From assembly GCA_013265495.1 (NCBI GenBank), contig MU057930.1, forward strand, positions 567,599-631,598: a stretch of DNA of 64,000 nucleotides, written 5' to 3'. The notes below the pieces were generated by a model. The model searched no databases and was not told where the DNA came from. It saw only the letters and a program-made list of their open reading frames with translations. The stretch comes from Vicugna vicugna (taxonomy: Eukaryota). Of the stretch, positions 50,228 through 62,657 are shown piece after piece; position 1 is the first letter of the stretch; every line of letters begins with the position of its first letter. The position numbers were made by a program, and so were the translations under genes.

Positions 50228-50255
50228 ACTGGATTTTACTGTTTATATTAAAAAA

Positions 50256-50718
50256 TTTTTTTTTATTGAACTATAGTAGATTTACAATGTTGTGTGAGTT
50301 TCAGGTGTACAGCAAAGGGAGTCAGTTTATATATATACATATACATATATACACACATATATATATATATATATATATTCTTTTTCAAGTTCTTTTCTAT
50401 TATTGGTTATTATAAGATGTTGAATATAGTTCCCTGTGCTGTACAGTAGGTCCTTGTTGTTTATGTATTTTATATACAGTGGTGTGTATCTGCTCATCCC
50501 AAACTCCTAATTTATCCCTCCTTCCTCCTTTCCCCTTTGGTGACCCTAAGGTTGTTTTCTATGTCTGTGAGTCTGTTTCCGTCTTGTAAATAAGTTCATC
50601 TGTATCATTTCTTTAGACTCCACGTATACACGAGAGCGTATGGCATCTGTCTTTCTCTGCCTGGTTTCCTTCACTTACTATGATCATCTCTAGGTCCATC
50701 CACGTTGCAGCAAATGGC
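50256..50718 (-). mobile_element. L1 3' end (artiodactyl-type UTR)
   Basis: TTTTATTGAACTATAGTAGATTTACAATGTTGTG..AATATAGTTCCCTGTGCTGTACAGTAGGTCCTTGTTG..CTAGGTCCATCCACGTTGCAGCAAATGGC. Confidence 0.93.
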
Positions 50719-51162
50719 TTTTAGTGCATCTTTGACTTTCAGAGCATTACATTGTCCTCCACTTGACACTGTAATACGTGGGAACGTATTTCTAGGACGG
50801 CGTTTCGATACATTGAGCGTCCCAAGAAACAACCAGTGTCACGGGTTGATGCCAGGATTTAGAACACTTTCTGAACATACATTTCAAAAGTAAAAAGAGA
50901 TCGTTGTTTACTCTTCAGAAGAGTGCAAATAAGTTGCATTCCACTTCAAAGAGAAAGTCAAGTGGGGAAGATTTATTTGTGACATAAATGCGCGCTGAAC
51001 ATAGCAGAAGCTGAGAAAGCTTGCGTGTATGGCAAGTGCAAGACGGACTCTTAGAACGTGGCTAACATTCGCGGTGATGAACACGGGGAGTTACTTCCCC
51101 CGCGACATACATGGTTATGTTAATCCAAGTCAAGGTTTGCAAGTTTAGTTAGCAAGATAAAT

Positions 51163-51370
51163 ATCCAGAGGCCCCTCGCCCCTTCCTCTACGTGAGGACA
51201 CAGTGTGAAGACACCATCTGTCAAGCAGGACTGCATCCTCGCCAGACACAGAATGCGCCCCCGCCAGGATCTTGGCCAACCAGCCTCCAGAACCGTGAGA
51301 AATAACGTGTGTTGCGCCCAAGACCCCCAGTGTAGGATACTGTGTGCCAGCAGCCTGAGTGGACCCAGTA
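51163..51370 (+). mobile_element. MaLR LTR 3' half (MLT1A-like)
   Basis: GTGAGGACACAG..CAGACAC..GATCTTGG..CCAGCCTCCAGAACCGTGAGAAATAA. Confidence 0.8.
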
Positions 51371-51669
51371 GGGGGAGGACAGAGCAAGACACAGGGTCCA
51401 AGGTGGCTGACCTGGGGGTCCACGTGAATTCTCACTGCTGGCATCTCCCAAAGAGGGACCTTTTGTGAACTGAATAGCCTGCCCTGGGAACTCTCACATC
51501 TGGCCTCCGCAGACATCCAACGTCCTGTCAGTCTGAAAAGTCTTCTCTCCACCATGGGCTGTGACCAAATCTCGCTTTCTTCCATGAATGAGATAACAGC
51601 GTCGAAATTCAGAAGATAAGAGGGAGAGAGACGCAACAGGCATTGGACTGTCCTAATAGTTAAAGACGT

Positions 51670-51845
51670 CTTGCTAAGCTCTTTAGAGACAGGGTGTCCC
51701 GTGAACTCACTGCCATCCTGGGACAGGCACTGTTATCGTCTGTGACTCATGCATATAAGGGAACAGAAGCTTAGAGAGATCGAGGAACCTGGCCAAGTTT
51801 CCACAGGCAGTAAGTGGAGACATCGCTATAAGAAGCGGATCTGTA
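51670..51845 (-). mobile_element. MIR SINE
   Basis: GAACAGAAGCTTAGAGAGATCGAGGAACCTGGCCAAGTTTCCACAGGCAGTAAGTGG matches the reverse-complement MIR core. Confidence 0.65.
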
Positions 51846-53093
51846 ACACGGCAGAGACCGGGTAACACACCAGTTCCCTATTAGCAATCCCACAGCTGCA
51901 GTGAAAAGTCATTTTTCCTCTGTGTCCCATACTCTTAACGACTTTCATTAGCCAATGTTTAAATTATAAGTGGAATTTCAGTTGTACCGTGTGTGTCTCT
52001 GATGCACGTGCCCTGCGGGTACGAACACTCGCGTCCCAGAGCCAAATGAAGGAGCACGTGTTTATTGCAATTGATGTTATGAAGTTCTAGGGAGGAAAAT
52101 ACGAAAAGAAAGACTGTGCTAACTGAAAACAAACTGAACATAGTCATTCTCGTCTGAGTGCATTCCATCGTGTGCATTTTTGCGGTAGCAGAGCGATGCT
52201 CTCACGCCCTCTGGACGGTTCTTCTCCTCCCATATTTAAATCTTAGGCTGCTCACCTTTAATCTGTGCATGTCTGACTTTTAAAGGCACGTGCAGTTACG
52301 TTACTGGCGACAATTTGGTGTCGGGTCCCGGGGCGGGCCACGCATCTGGGCCCCCACAAGCACGCCTCAGGTGCGAGGAGAAGCAGGTGCAGACAAACAA
52401 GCGCCTTTACGCTTCCGAGAAGGTGTACCAAGGCGGGCACATCAGTTCCACGAAAGGCTGTGAAGTGTCGTCTAGCATAAAACCACCGAGAGTGTACTTT
52501 AAAGGTGGCAAAGTGCAGCAGAGATCAAACAAAGAGCAGGCCATCTATTACCTGGAGAACGAACGTGGTGAAAACGAAAAGCCCATTTGGGCCGATCACG
52601 GAAAGGGGGAACGTGCGTTATTTTTTTATTCAATAGGAAGAGTTTGGAAATGGTCTGGAGCCCTGGGACCACTGCCTAAAATTTTCCGCCTTCCTCAGCC
52701 AGAACAGAAACTGCATTAAACAGTATTTTTTTAAGAAGTCGTGAAGATTATTGCACCAAGAAAAATATACCCATCCATTGGAGCATCTCATGAACTAAGG
52801 CAGAATGGAAAAATCAGAACCAAGCCACACGCCTAAAGTTGCTTCCCAAATGCTGAGGAAATGGGCTGGGGGCTGGAGGTGAGAGTGACGATTTGCAAGG
52901 AGGGTCAACTTCTGGTCCTCACTTGGGCTGGAATGAAGTCACTGACTTGACTACCTTGATTCCCTCATATGTTGTGACTTTCCAACTCAACAGCACGGGC
53001 TTCCTGAAAGACATTACTTCAGGCATGGCTTTATGGCCAAGTAAGTGATGAAGGTACAAGGCAGCATAATTTCTGGGGCACCGAAAAGGTGTC

Positions 53094-53361
53094 TGCATTA
53101 GTTGCTAAGGGCTGTTACAAAGACGCATGGACGGAGAAGGCTTAAACAACAGACACTTATTTTCTCCCTGTCCTGGAGGCTGGAATCTGGGGCCAGGTGT
53201 GAGCAGGGCTGGTGTCTCCTGAGCCCTCTCCCCTTGGTGTGTGGACGGCCGGCTCCTCCCTGTGTGCTCACGTGGCCGTCCCTCTGCGTGAGTCTGGGTC
53301 CTCATCTCTTCTTAGACGGACCCCAGTCCTGTTGCATCAGGACTCAGCCTAATGACCTTAT
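53094..53361 (-). mobile_element. MaLR LTR 3' part (MLT1A/B-like)
   Basis: GGCTTAAACAACAGACACTTATTTTCTC..CTGGAGGCTGGAA..CAGGGCTGGTGTCTCCTGAG..CTCATCTCTTCTTA..CTAATGACCT. Confidence 0.85.
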
Positions 53362-53450
53362 GGCAGGAGAGAGGATCGTTCAGGAGAGCAACCTCAGGTC
53401 AGGAAGAACTTTGTACATGATGCTTGACTCCTGTGATTCAGCCTCTAGAT

Positions 53451-53692
53451 CAGAGGCCGACCAGCTACAGCACCTCGGCCGAAGCTGGGCCACCATCTGT
53501 TCCTGTCAATAAAGTTTTATTGGCACAAAGCCACACTGGTTCCCCGGCATATTTTCCACGGCTGCTTTTGCAATCAAATGGCAGAGCTGAGTCGCTCCTG
53601 TGGAAACCAGATACCCTGCAAAGCCAAGGATATGTATTTCCCTGGCCAGTTACACAAAATAAATACATAAATAAAAATGCACCAACTCTTGC
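53451..53692. mobile_element. MER58A hAT-Charlie MITE
   Basis: GTCAATAAAGTTTTATTGGCACAAAGCCAC..GGCTGCTTTTGCA..GGCAGAGCTGAGT..CTGCAAAGCC. Confidence 0.8.
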
Positions 53693-55421
53693 TCTAAATG
53701 ACGGGGAGTGACTGGAAAGGATTTTATTCAAGAGAATGATATGCTCACATTTTCTACTTTACGATCATTCAAGCAGTACGATAGGGGTTTGGACCAGAGG
53801 GAATTACGAGATGGAGAAAGTCCTCAAGGGAGATGGGGCGTGGCGATTTAACATATGGATGTGAGTGCCGGGTAGGGCAGGATACGTGGGGAGCAGTGCG
53901 TGGTCCTGGCCCTGAAACCTGCATCGAGACAGGGCTGGTAGTTCTGTCTCCCAAGAGAGAAGAAAGCAGGACAGACGGATTTGCAAAGGTTTACAGTGCC
54001 CACTCTGCGACCCGGAGAAGAGCATTACGCTGGGTGTGGAGAAAGAGTCTGCGGCGGCCTGCAGACCTGGCAGGGCGGGGACACCATCACTCAGCAAGTG
54101 ATTCTCTCTGCGGGGACCAGGACCCAGGCGCGGCCTCAGAGAATGTGTTTTTCTGGGCGGATCCAGGTTTGCGGGCTACGGGCTGGTGGCAGACAAAGGT
54201 GTCAGAGCAGAGCCAGGATGTCATGTGAGGCTGTTTGCCTGGGGTGGGAGGAGGTGGGAAGGACATCAGGGGCTTTGGGGAGAGAGAAATATGGTGGCAA
54301 TATTGTGGTCAGAGGCTGACTGCCATGAAACTTAAAATTTCAGGGATAATGCCACCATCCCGATGACTGGAGCTCTGGAGCTGGGGTCAATGTCATCCCC
54401 CAGTTCTAAGTCCTGGGGGCCCAGCCTGCCCCCGGGACCTGCAGTGAGAAGAAATAGCCCTGATTCGTCTTCCAAGAGCCAATAAAAATGGACTCAAGGT
54501 CATAAAGAACCATCAAAACCCCCTACATGTGGCAAGAAGTAAGTGGGGTTTCTCTCTCAACTTACTCATCATTCTGGTCATCCTTGGACCCTCACCCACT
54601 GAATTCCGCACATGGCTTGTCACCGTGGGATCCCTACGCACCTGCAGGTGCTTCGTTTTTGTTTTTTACATCCTACAGAAGTTTCTGTCTCAAATCAAGT
54701 GGCCAACACCTTCTCTGGGTGGCTCAGCTCTAACGGTCCCCCCGTAGGGCTATGTTGTTCTCATCAACAGTGGGGCATCTTTCCAAAACATTCAACTCTG
54801 CTCCTTGGCTGGCCCTGACTGTGGCTGGGACTGTCTCGTCATCCATCAGGAGCAGAACTTGACAAGGGAAGTCTGCCGCTAATTGAAACTGCAGCCTTGG
54901 ACAGTGCCCCTGGGAGAACCCCACAGAAACAAAGACAAGAGAGTGAGCAAGTACAGGCTGGAGACTGGGTGGTCCACATGCCTGGGTGAGGCGAGCAGGA
55001 GAGGGCCCTAGAGGACAAGACCCCCGCCCACGTTATTCTGGACCACACACTTCTGTCATTTTTTGCACTACTAGCAGAGATGAGTTTTCTGGGGACCAGG
55101 ATCTCCAGGACTTTGGCATATAAACATCTGTAGATGCACGCAGGAAGGTTTGCAAAGCAAACAGACTGAACTAGGCTTCTCTGTGTTCGGTGCATGTTTT
55201 CTAAAGAAATCATCTGTGTGAAGCCCTGCAGAAGCAGGGCAGCCCATCTTCAAGAGGTTCCAGGTTTAACGGGATGGATGGAAAACTAAAGGATGAGGTA
55301 AAATGTGGGGGAAAAAAAAGATATATATAGGATGCAGGGATACCTGGGGAGAAGGTAGCCCTCAGGGGTGGTGGTAACGGGGCAAGTTCCCCAGGGGGCA
55401 CGTGGGAGAGATTTTTTATCA

Positions 55422-55835
55422 CTGATGGATAAATAGATACATGGATAGGTAGGTAGGTAGGTAGATAGATAGATAGATAGATAGATAGATACTTGGACAG
55501 GTAGATAGATGGATGGATAGGTAGATAGATAATAGATAGATGACAGATAAGATGGGTGGATGGATAGACAGGTAGGTAGGTCTGTAGGTAGATAGATAGA
55601 CGGATAGATGGATGGATGGATGCATGGATAGGTAGGTAGGTAGGTGGATAGATTAGATAGATAGATAAGATGGGTAGTTGGATGGATGGATAGATAGATA
55701 GATAAGATAGATAGATTAGGTGGGTGGATGGATAGACAGGTAGGTAGGTAGGTACGCAGACAGATTGGATGGATGGATGGATAGACAGGTAGGTAGAAAG
55801 ACAGGTAGATAGACAGATAGACAGACAGACAGACT
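55422..55835. repeat. Compound (AGAT)/(AGGT)/(GGAT)/(AGAC) array
   Basis: Directly visible. Confidence 0.95.
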
Positions 55836-57084
55836 GTAATGAATTTTACTGAAATAAACTTTTGTGTATCTTACAGTAAGAGACAAATAGGCACAGTAAA
55901 AAAAATTTTTCCTAAATCCTTTCCTCTTCAAAAATAGTAATAATGACAAAATACGACACATGTGTGTGTATTGGAAAAACTGGGACAACTACCAAAAGGC
56001 TGGCAGAGTTGACATCTGGAGAAAGACTAAACTTGTGGGCCAAAGCTCCCGGGTCAGTTAATAGGCAACCTATTTGTATTATGTTTGGATTTTCAACTCC
56101 ATCAGTTCCAGAAGGTTCTCAGAATTAATATTTAAGAAAAACGTTACAAGGCAGAGATGGGTGTTATTCTCTTTCTGAAAACTGTTGCCGTCCTCAACTT
56201 CCTAACTCCAAGGAGAGGGAGTGGTGAATAGCTGAAAGTTTCGCATGGAACAGGGAGGGTTCTCTTGGCCCGACCAGGGGCTGAACGTTTTTCAAGCAGC
56301 CACATCAGATGACTACACACCCTTCGGAATGATTTGGCCACTGACTGGCCCCATGGCAGGGTCCCATAGGTCCGGCTGCCACTTTCTGTGTCCTGCAGAA
56401 AGAGCCCTGCGCCCCATGGCACATTAAATATTTTTCCTTCAGAGCTGATTATTCACTCGTGCTGCAACGTCCTGGCTTAAAGGACTGCGTACAAATCCAA
56501 GGCCAAGCAAACTCAAACGGGAGGCACACATGGGTATTCTTTAATGAGCCAGCCTTCACTAGGGGACGCTGCACATGGCTGTAACTGGTCAATGAATCAA
56601 GCTGGTGATGCACGTGTGGACAAAATCATCCTATTTAACATCTAGACATCTGTACCCTTATTTTTTTTTTTTAGCCCAAAGCAACACGTATTTGAAGATT
56701 ACAACAGGAATGGCTGATATCTCTCCAGTGTCTGTTGGGTTTTAAAATGCAGAACACCTGCCATGTGCCATCCCCTCAGGGCATGAATGTTTTGACTAGT
56801 GTGGATAATCAAGGTAGAGGGTTTAGACCTCAGTGTGCAAATGTTGTCCTTTGGAAGCTGTGGAAGGTGGGGTTGGCTGAGACCACTTTGCACATTCTAA
56901 GTCACTCATCTTTCCATGAGGGTTCGAGCCCATGAGAAGGAAGTGACTTTAAAACCTGAGTGAGAGAAATCTACCGGACAAATGAAAATATCCCTCCCAA
57001 ATCCCCAGGGAAAGAGACTTAACTGACATCACTGCCACATCGTGGAGACTATTTGATCCAGAAAGATCCCAGGGACCTGTGATC

Positions 57085-57200
57085 ATTCACCGATCTATCC
57101 ATCCATCCATCATCCATCCATCCATAGATCATCCATCCATCCATCCATCCATAGATCATCCATCCATCCGTCCATCCATAGATCATCCATCCATTCATCC
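57085..57200. repeat. (ATCC)n array punctuated by ATAGATC (~27-bp unit)
   Basis: Directly visible. Confidence 0.9.
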
Positions 57201-57686
57201 TGTCATGAAAAATATTTTTTCAATTGTGAAGGACTATTTCCAGCATAAAGAGAAGACAAATCTGCAGATGCTTCTCGGTAATTCATACAGTTGTTTATTC
57301 ATCCACAAAACCACAATCGGCAAGGTCAGCAGATACTCTGTATGCAAATGACTGATAGGTCTGCAGTTGAAATGACTATAAAGCAAACTATTTCTTCCTT
57401 TTTTCCAAAGATTAGGCAACAACACATTTTCTCTTTCAATGTTCAAATTGGCCATAGTTCAATCTGTTGGATGTGCTTATCTTTGAAGAGCTTTGCAAGA
57501 TCTGCCAGCATCACACTATAACGCAATTTGCCAGCAACCGCAGAATTGTGCCTGGTGTTTCTACACGGCTTTACAATCACTGAAAGTATCTTAACAAGTG
57601 TGAAGACCCCTGAAGGCAATAGATAAGAGGAGCAGGGTTTTCTGTGCCTTCTTCTGCTTGGTTATTCTTTTATTCTTTTTCTTTTT

Positions 57687-57792
57687 TCCTCCCTCCCTTC
57701 CTTCCTTCCCTCCTTCCATCCATCCTTCCTTCCTTCCTTCCTTCCTTCCTTCCTACCTTCCTTCCTTCCTTCCTTCCTTCCTTTTCTTTTTC
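57687..57792. repeat. (CCTT)n microsatellite
   Basis: Directly visible. Confidence 0.95.
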
Positions 57793-58050
57793 ATTCCTGG
57801 TTCCACAAACAATTTTCAAACTGAAAAAGTATGTGGCAATACTTAATGTCTGGATCAACGAAGCCAGGAAGATCTGAGTCCCTGGGAGAGCCAGGGACTT
57901 TCCAGAGCATTGGGAAGGAGCTGCGGCAGGAAACATGGACTCAGGAGAAGACGCTGCTGCTGGCCTGCGGTGCCTTCTGGTTGCCGTGGCTGACAAGAAA
58001 GAGCCAAAATGCATCCTATCCTAAAGGGTCTTCACTGTGCTCATCTGACC

Positions 58051-58277
58051 CTGTGGTCCTTGACAGGGATGACAGTGCCCCCTAGAGAACACGTGGCAAG
58101 GTCTGGAGACATTCTGGTTGTCTCCAACCAGAATGGGGGTTGGAAGTAGGCAGTGCAACTGGTATCTGGTGGGTGGAGACCAAGGATGTTGCTCAACATC
58201 TTAAATGTGAAGAGGACATCCCCACCATAGAATGATACAGACCCAAATGTCAGTGCTGCTGAGGGCAAGGAGCCCTA
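58051..58277. mobile_element. MER20 hAT-Charlie element, near full length
   Basis: GCCCCCTAGAGAACACGTGGCAAGGTCTGGAGACATT..ACTGGTATCTGGTGGGTGGAGACCAAGGATGTTGCT..CCAAATGTCAGTGCTGCTGAGG. Confidence 0.88.
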
Positions 58278-58293
58278 TGTTAGTATGTGAGAG

Positions 58294-58573
58294 TCTGTCT
58301 GTCTATCTGCCTACCCACTCATCTGTCCATCCATCCATAGATCATCCATCCATCCATCCATAGATCATTCACCCATCTATCCATCTGTCCTTCCATATCC
58401 ATCCATCCGCCCACCCATATATATCCATCCATCCATCATCCAGCCATCTATAGATCATCCATCCATCCATCCATCCATATATATCCATCCACACATCATC
58501 CATCCATCCATCATCCAGCCATCTACAGATCATCCATCCATCCATATATATCCATCATCCATCCATCCCTATC

Positions 58574-58634
<61 letters not shown>

Positions 58635-58665
58635 GTAATCTATGTATCTATCCATCCATCCACCC
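58294..58665. repeat. Compound (ATCC)/(ATCT) array
   Basis: Directly visible; long pure (TATC)n run at about 58574-58633. Confidence 0.95.
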
Positions 58666-58669
58666 ATCT

Positions 58670-58719
58670 TTCTCACTACTGTCGGTGTTCTGTTTCTCTT
58701 AAGAACCCAGACTAATGCA
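58670..58719 (+). mobile_element. 3' terminus of an MLT2 (ERVL) LTR
   Basis: GTTCTGTTTCTCTTAAGAACCCAGACTAATGCA vs MLT2 end GTTCTGTTTCTCTGGAGAACCCTGACTAATACA. Confidence 0.7.
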
Positions 58720-59007
58720 CATGGTATCGATGGAAGAAAGCCTGTTTCTATTCATAACAGCAAGAATAGCAGGATAGTAGGCAAGACTAGGGTGTGTGGG
58801 CAGGCAGTCTGGAGCCCCAGCAGAGTAGCCCAATGGATTTTTGAGATGACCCCCCCTTATTGAGTCATCTCGATCCTTGTCCAAAGTCTCCCTGTCAATA
58901 AATGCTGGACTCAGACCAATCAGCTTCCCTTGACCATCTAATAAAGACACCATTGGACTATCACAATCTGAGTCACGGATTCTCAGCATAATACAAAGAG
59001 TATTATC

Positions 59008-59116
59008 CTGAGGGACCGTCTAGATTTCTCTGGGACTGAGGGTTTTCCATGGAGGTGGGAACTTCAGTTCTAAAATCATGAAAGTCCCAGGCAAGTTGGG
59101 ACAAATTGGTCCCCCG
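59008..59116. mobile_element. MER81 hAT-Blackjack MITE
   Basis: CTGGGACTGAGGGTTTTCC..GGAACTTCAGTTCTAAAA..AAAGTCCCAGGCAAGTTGGGACAAATTGGTC. Confidence 0.75.
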
Positions 59117-60026
59117 AGTTCCTGGCGTGTGAGAATAAACAAATGTATAAAAAGCTGTGAAAAACAAGTTTTGCCTCCGTCATAACTTGGTCTAGGAAAA
59201 CACCATTGCCCAGGGAAGGGGACTGGCAGGGGCTTGAGAAAAGAAGGGTTGTCGAGGCACACCAGATGTAAAAAGATGGACCAGGGCACTTGTATTTCTC
59301 AGATGGGATTCATTTACCTTCCTTCTTCTTCTTTTTTTTTTTTAACCAAAGTTAAACAGACACAGCTATTTCCCAGGATAGCTCTAGAGGACTGCCCTGG
59401 AAAGCAACTAGACTTATGAAATGGAAACTATGAATACAACTTAATTCTATAATAATTCAGGAAATGAGGGATCATTATCTGACATTTCAGATTTAAGTCC
59501 AAATAGATATCAGGCCTTCAAAAGATAAGAAGCGGGAAAATGTGCCAACCCCAAAGGCAGGCATATTCCTATGTGCTTCCTGTCTCGTGTCAGTCATTAT
59601 TCTGAAAATAGAATGCAATTAGACTGTGATTGAAACCGTATTTGCAAGGTCCATGGAGATTTGTTATCTGTACACAGAGCCTAGCCCAAGAACTTCAACC
59701 TAATTCCACTGAGCCAGCAAAACTAAGTCTGTCCAAGGCATGACCGGCGTGGGAGGATGGTGAGGGGGAACAGGAAATGAATTCCTTTCACCGGAGGAGT
59801 CAGCTCCGGGAAAGATGAAACACTCCACACACATTCTGCAGATGAACTGGTTTACTCTGCACTGAATCCTGTGCACGAATGACACGCTCAGATAACCCCA
59901 GGGTCTCCTTGACTGAGAAGTCAAAACCAACCACCGACCTAAGTACCACCACTGCAACCAGGAACACACTGCATTGAGGACAAGATCTAGGTTTTGTGGA
60001 GGACGAAGCTCACAGAATTTGGTGGA

Positions 60027-60453
60027 TATTGACTGAAAAAAAATGCACAACCTGTACGTTGAGAATTATATTTCATTCAGGGACCTTACTGAGGACGTAA
60101 GCCTTGGAAACTGCCTCTCAGACGGCTCTGAGGGACTTTTCCAAAGAGTTAAGGATATATTGGAGTTTTTGCTGGAAAAAAGAAAGAAAGAAAGAAAAAC
60201 CCATGTACTTGAATATCAAAAGATTGGTGTTAATCACAAAACTCCAGACATCTCAAGTTAATGATTTCAGTGTTTCTCTACGTCTGGGAAGACGAAGGGT
60301 CTCGGCTCATTGAAATTATTCCTTTGATGTGCACCTTAACTGTCTAGGGCCAGTGTCCTGTTTTTCTCCATCCAAGTGTGCACTGTTGAGGGTGGCAGCA
60401 GTGGCTGATGGCTGCAACATTTGTTTACCGACAGGCAACATTCTTTGCTTGCA
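60027..60453 (-). mobile_element. ERV1 solo LTR, MER41-like (laurasiatherian type)
   Basis: TGAAAAAAAATGCACAACCT..CCTCTCAGACGGCTCTGAG..CAGACATCTCAAGTTAA..GGCTCATTGAAATTATTCCTTTGATGTGCACC; flanks GTGGA/GTGGC (imperfect TSD). Confidence 0.8.
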
Positions 60454-60969
60454 GTGGCCATCTTGAAAAAAATAATTCAAACATTTGCTACCTTTGGGAA
60501 TTTTGCAAAGAGGCACAGCTGTGGAAGTGCACTGCTTGGGCGGCTTGGAGAGCTTCGGAAAATAACGGAAGACATTGCCGGGTGGGATGGGGTCGGGGAG
60601 GCAGTAGAGAGGGCTATGTCTGCCTGACTCAGGACTCCTGTCTTGGCTCTGGGCCTCCCCAGGGGACTGGACGTGACTTCCTCGGGGCTCAGCTGCGGTC
60701 TTAGGCTCCTCCCACCCGCCTTCATGGTCTACACTATGAACTGAATTATGCTTCACGGACATTCCCCCCACCTTGGGATATACACTGCCTGCAGGACCTC
60801 CAGCGACACAACGGATAATTTGTGAAAACAGAACTGAGCTGTATAATTTGGATGAAAAGAGTGTAAAGCTAGAAGAGGGGGAATCAGAGGGCAAAAATTC
60901 AACCCCTGGTTTACTGGATGGCTTTAGTAAAAGGTAACTACTGTTTTGAAGATTTTTTGAGCATGACCC

Positions 60970-61520
60970 AAGAGCTACCACAGGAGACAGCCATCTCCAC
61001 TTCTGGGTGTTTACCCCGAAGAACGGAAGTCTAGATCTCAGAGAGCCGCACTCCCATGGTCACTACGGCATGGTCCACAGTTGGTAGGACGTGGAAGCCA
61101 TCCTGGTATTAATCAGCAGATGAACAGAGCCCCAACATGTGGTCAAGAGATCCAACGGGAAATTTTCAGCCTTCACAAGGAAGGAATTCCTGCCGAATGG
61201 GACAGACAGCGTGGATGGACCTGGAGGACACTATGCTGAGTGAAATGAGCCAGTCACAGTGGGACAATTACTGCATGGTTCCACGTGCATGAGGCATCTA
61301 AAACATAAAATAGTCCAACTCGTAGAAACAAGGAAGATGAACTGTGGAGTCTAGGGGCTCGGGGAGGGGGCCAGGGGGTTCTTCGACAGGACAAACATTC
61401 AGCTACGCAGGGAGGAGTCAACTCTAGCCATCAGCCTCAAACCACGGTAACTATCGTTAACTACAGCAGACCGGACCCTTAGAAGCTGGTTATGACGGCA
61501 GATCTCTGGTTGTCCTCTAA
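60970..61520 (+). mobile_element. L1MA/MB-type 3' end, GC-shifted
   Basis: AGAGCTACCA..TCCACTTCTGGGTGTTTACCC..GGATGGACCTGGAGGACACTATGCTGAGTGAAATGAGCCAGTCACAG..TACTGCATGGTTCCAC. Confidence 0.85.
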
Positions 61521-61754
61521 TAAATGCACGGTATAAATAAATGGTGATTGAAAAAACTCACTTCCAAACCATAAAGGAAAGAAAAAAGAAGCAACGGTGA
61601 GGGGAGATAAATTCGAATGTAGACCAAGAAGCTCAAGAGAGAGAGAAGAATGACAGAGATGTGAAACAAACAGAAAGCATAAAATACTGAGGCGCAATAT
61701 ACATTGAAGCATTTCAGGAGGAGCAAGAAGGGGAAGTTGGTGGAATGCTCGAGA

Positions 61755-61958
61755 AAAGGGATCGGCAAACAGCAAGGTCCTACTGTACAGCACAGGGAAC
61801 TCCAGCCAGCACCTTGCAATAGTCTATAATGAAAAAGAATGTGAAAAAGAATATATATACGTATTTCTGACTCACTATGCGTCACACCAGAAATGAACAC
61901 AACACTGTAAAGTGACTGTACGCCAATAAAAATTTTTTTAATGAAATAAAATAAAATG
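61755..61958 (+). mobile_element. L1 3' UTR end (artiodactyl-type)
   Basis: CAAGGTCCTACTGTACAGCACAGGGAACT..TATAATGAAAAAGAAT..CACCAGAAATGAACACAACACTGTAAA..CAATAAAA. Confidence 0.88.
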
Positions 61959-61999
61959 CATAGGCGGAATGTAAAAGCTAGATCAAACTGTGTGCTTAT

Positions 62000-62244
62000 A
62001 CATAAAATACATTTATTTCTCCCAGTTGTGGAGAGTGAAGTCCAAGATGCCGGCAAGGGGAGATTTAGTGTCTGGTAAGGACCTCCCGGGGGTCTCTTTT
62101 TATAAGGTCACTAATCTTATCCTGAGGGCTCCACCCTCCTGACCTCATCACCTCCCAAAGGTACCACCCATTAACACCATCCCATGGGGGGATTAAATTT
62201 CAGCAGGTGAATTCTGGGGAGAAACACACTTTCAGTCTATAGCA
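62000..62244 (-). mobile_element. MaLR LTR (MLT1A-like) with internal deletion
   Basis: ATTTATTTCTCCCAGTT..AAGTCCAAGAT..TTTTATAAGGTCACTAATC..GAGGGCTCCACCCTC..TCACCTCCCAAAG..TTCAGTCTATAGCA. Confidence 0.85.
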
Positions 62245-62657
62245 CCCCTCCATACCACGTCCAGGTAGGCAGTTTCAGGCCACCTATGAGACGCTCTTGA
62301 GTGCAAACCTGCAGCATTCAGCCTCATATGTGACTCAAGACACTGAAACACCGAAATCTTGTGTACACAGTTCCTTCAAGGTTCTGTGCAAATGTTGGTA
62401 TTTACCAAATGACATGGATCATCTAACTTTCTGGTTCTCTACGTAGGACACTGTCTTTGGTTTTGTTTCTTTTTTTTTTTTCTGACTCTACATACATATT
62501 ATATTGCATGTAGATACATATATACAATACACTGCACTTTTTTTTTTAGTTTACATATAGGTACTAATTATTGTTTCCAAGAACAGATTAGATCTTTAGC
62601 TTTTTAAACAAACACAGTTATCAAAGGAATAAAGCCAACAGCAAAATAAGAGCAACA

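Noticed and set aside
52315..52719. 134-aa ORF in CpG-containing unique DNA
   Set aside because: No recognisable domain, GTG start, no convincing splice context.
57085..57200. CRISPR-like regularly spaced repeats or other prokaryotic systems
   Set aside because: Simple tandem repeats without unique spacers in clearly mammalian DNA; no cas genes or operons.
60795..60933. AG..GT-bounded 139-bp segment with an open frame (..ELYNLDEKSVKLEEGESEGK..)
   Set aside because: Weak polypyrimidine tract, no recognised homology, and an open frame of this length is common by chance; needs tBLASTn or RNA-seq.
60316..60981. 221-aa minus-strand ORF
   Set aside because: Runs into an LTR; no ATG start and no recognisable homology.
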